From Raillietiella orientalis (taxonomy: Eukaryota): 64,000 nucleotides of DNA. Below the pieces are notes generated by a model. The model was not told the origin of the DNA and made no database searches. It saw only the letters and a program-made list of their open reading frames with translations. Each line of letters opens with the position of its first letter. Position 1 is the stretch's first letter. The position numbers were made by a program, and so were the translations under genes. The stretch is from contig JAYWIR010000005.1 in assembly GCA_036172245.1 (NCBI GenBank), positions 2,480,001-2,544,000 on the forward strand. Reading direction: 5' to 3'. Below, one piece after another: positions 63,954 to 64,000 of this stretch.

Positions 63954-64000
63954 ATCGAACGCCTTGCGGAGATCGACCGCGACCGCCAAGGCACCTGGCG
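63954..64000 (-). mobile_element. Continuation of D2 RT (PGALAVAVDLRKAFD)
   Basis: Minus-strand translation directly precedes the D2 sequence at 41046. Confidence 0.75.

Noticed and set aside
1..64000. Prokaryotic RT systems (group II intron, retron, DGR), CRISPR arrays, rRNA/tRNA/snRNA genes
   Set aside because: The RTs have non-LTR architecture (APE fusion and gag-like ORF1, or R2-group zinc fingers), TSDs and AATAAA ends. No repeat-spacer array or recognisable RNA gene was seen by eye.

Overview
Eukaryotic, repeat-dense window. About 54 kb is a stack of decayed non-LTR retrotransposons. Most are two-ORF Tx1/L1-clade-like elements (ORF1 with CCHC zinc knuckles; ORF2 with APE endonuclease, RT and C-terminal Zn finger) from several subfamilies, about 15 copies or fragments. 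One is a Utopia/NeSL-like element. They flank a ~9.7 kb AT-rich host island (~12775-22440) that contains an intact spliced coiled-coil exon. Target-site duplications and resumed host reading frames show Russian-doll nesting: D2(-) contains F(+), which contains E8(-), which contains G(+), which contains C2(-). On the left, E3(-) contains B1(+), which contains E1(-) and E2(-). Every nest that could be resolved is antisense to its host. Features shared across copies: an ORF1 CxVx[LIV]xR motif resembling an HP1 chromoshadow-binding motif, an APE domain ~20 aa short in the target-recognition hairpin region, a stop/start ORF1-ORF2 junction (AUG lost in some subfamilies), a covarying 3'UTR (C)UGCG hairpin, an AATAAA-hairpin terminus without poly(A), and a 5' GGACGTG motif. 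Element names (B1, E1 etc.) are my own labels. Boundaries without TSDs are approximate, and everything was read by eye without database searches.
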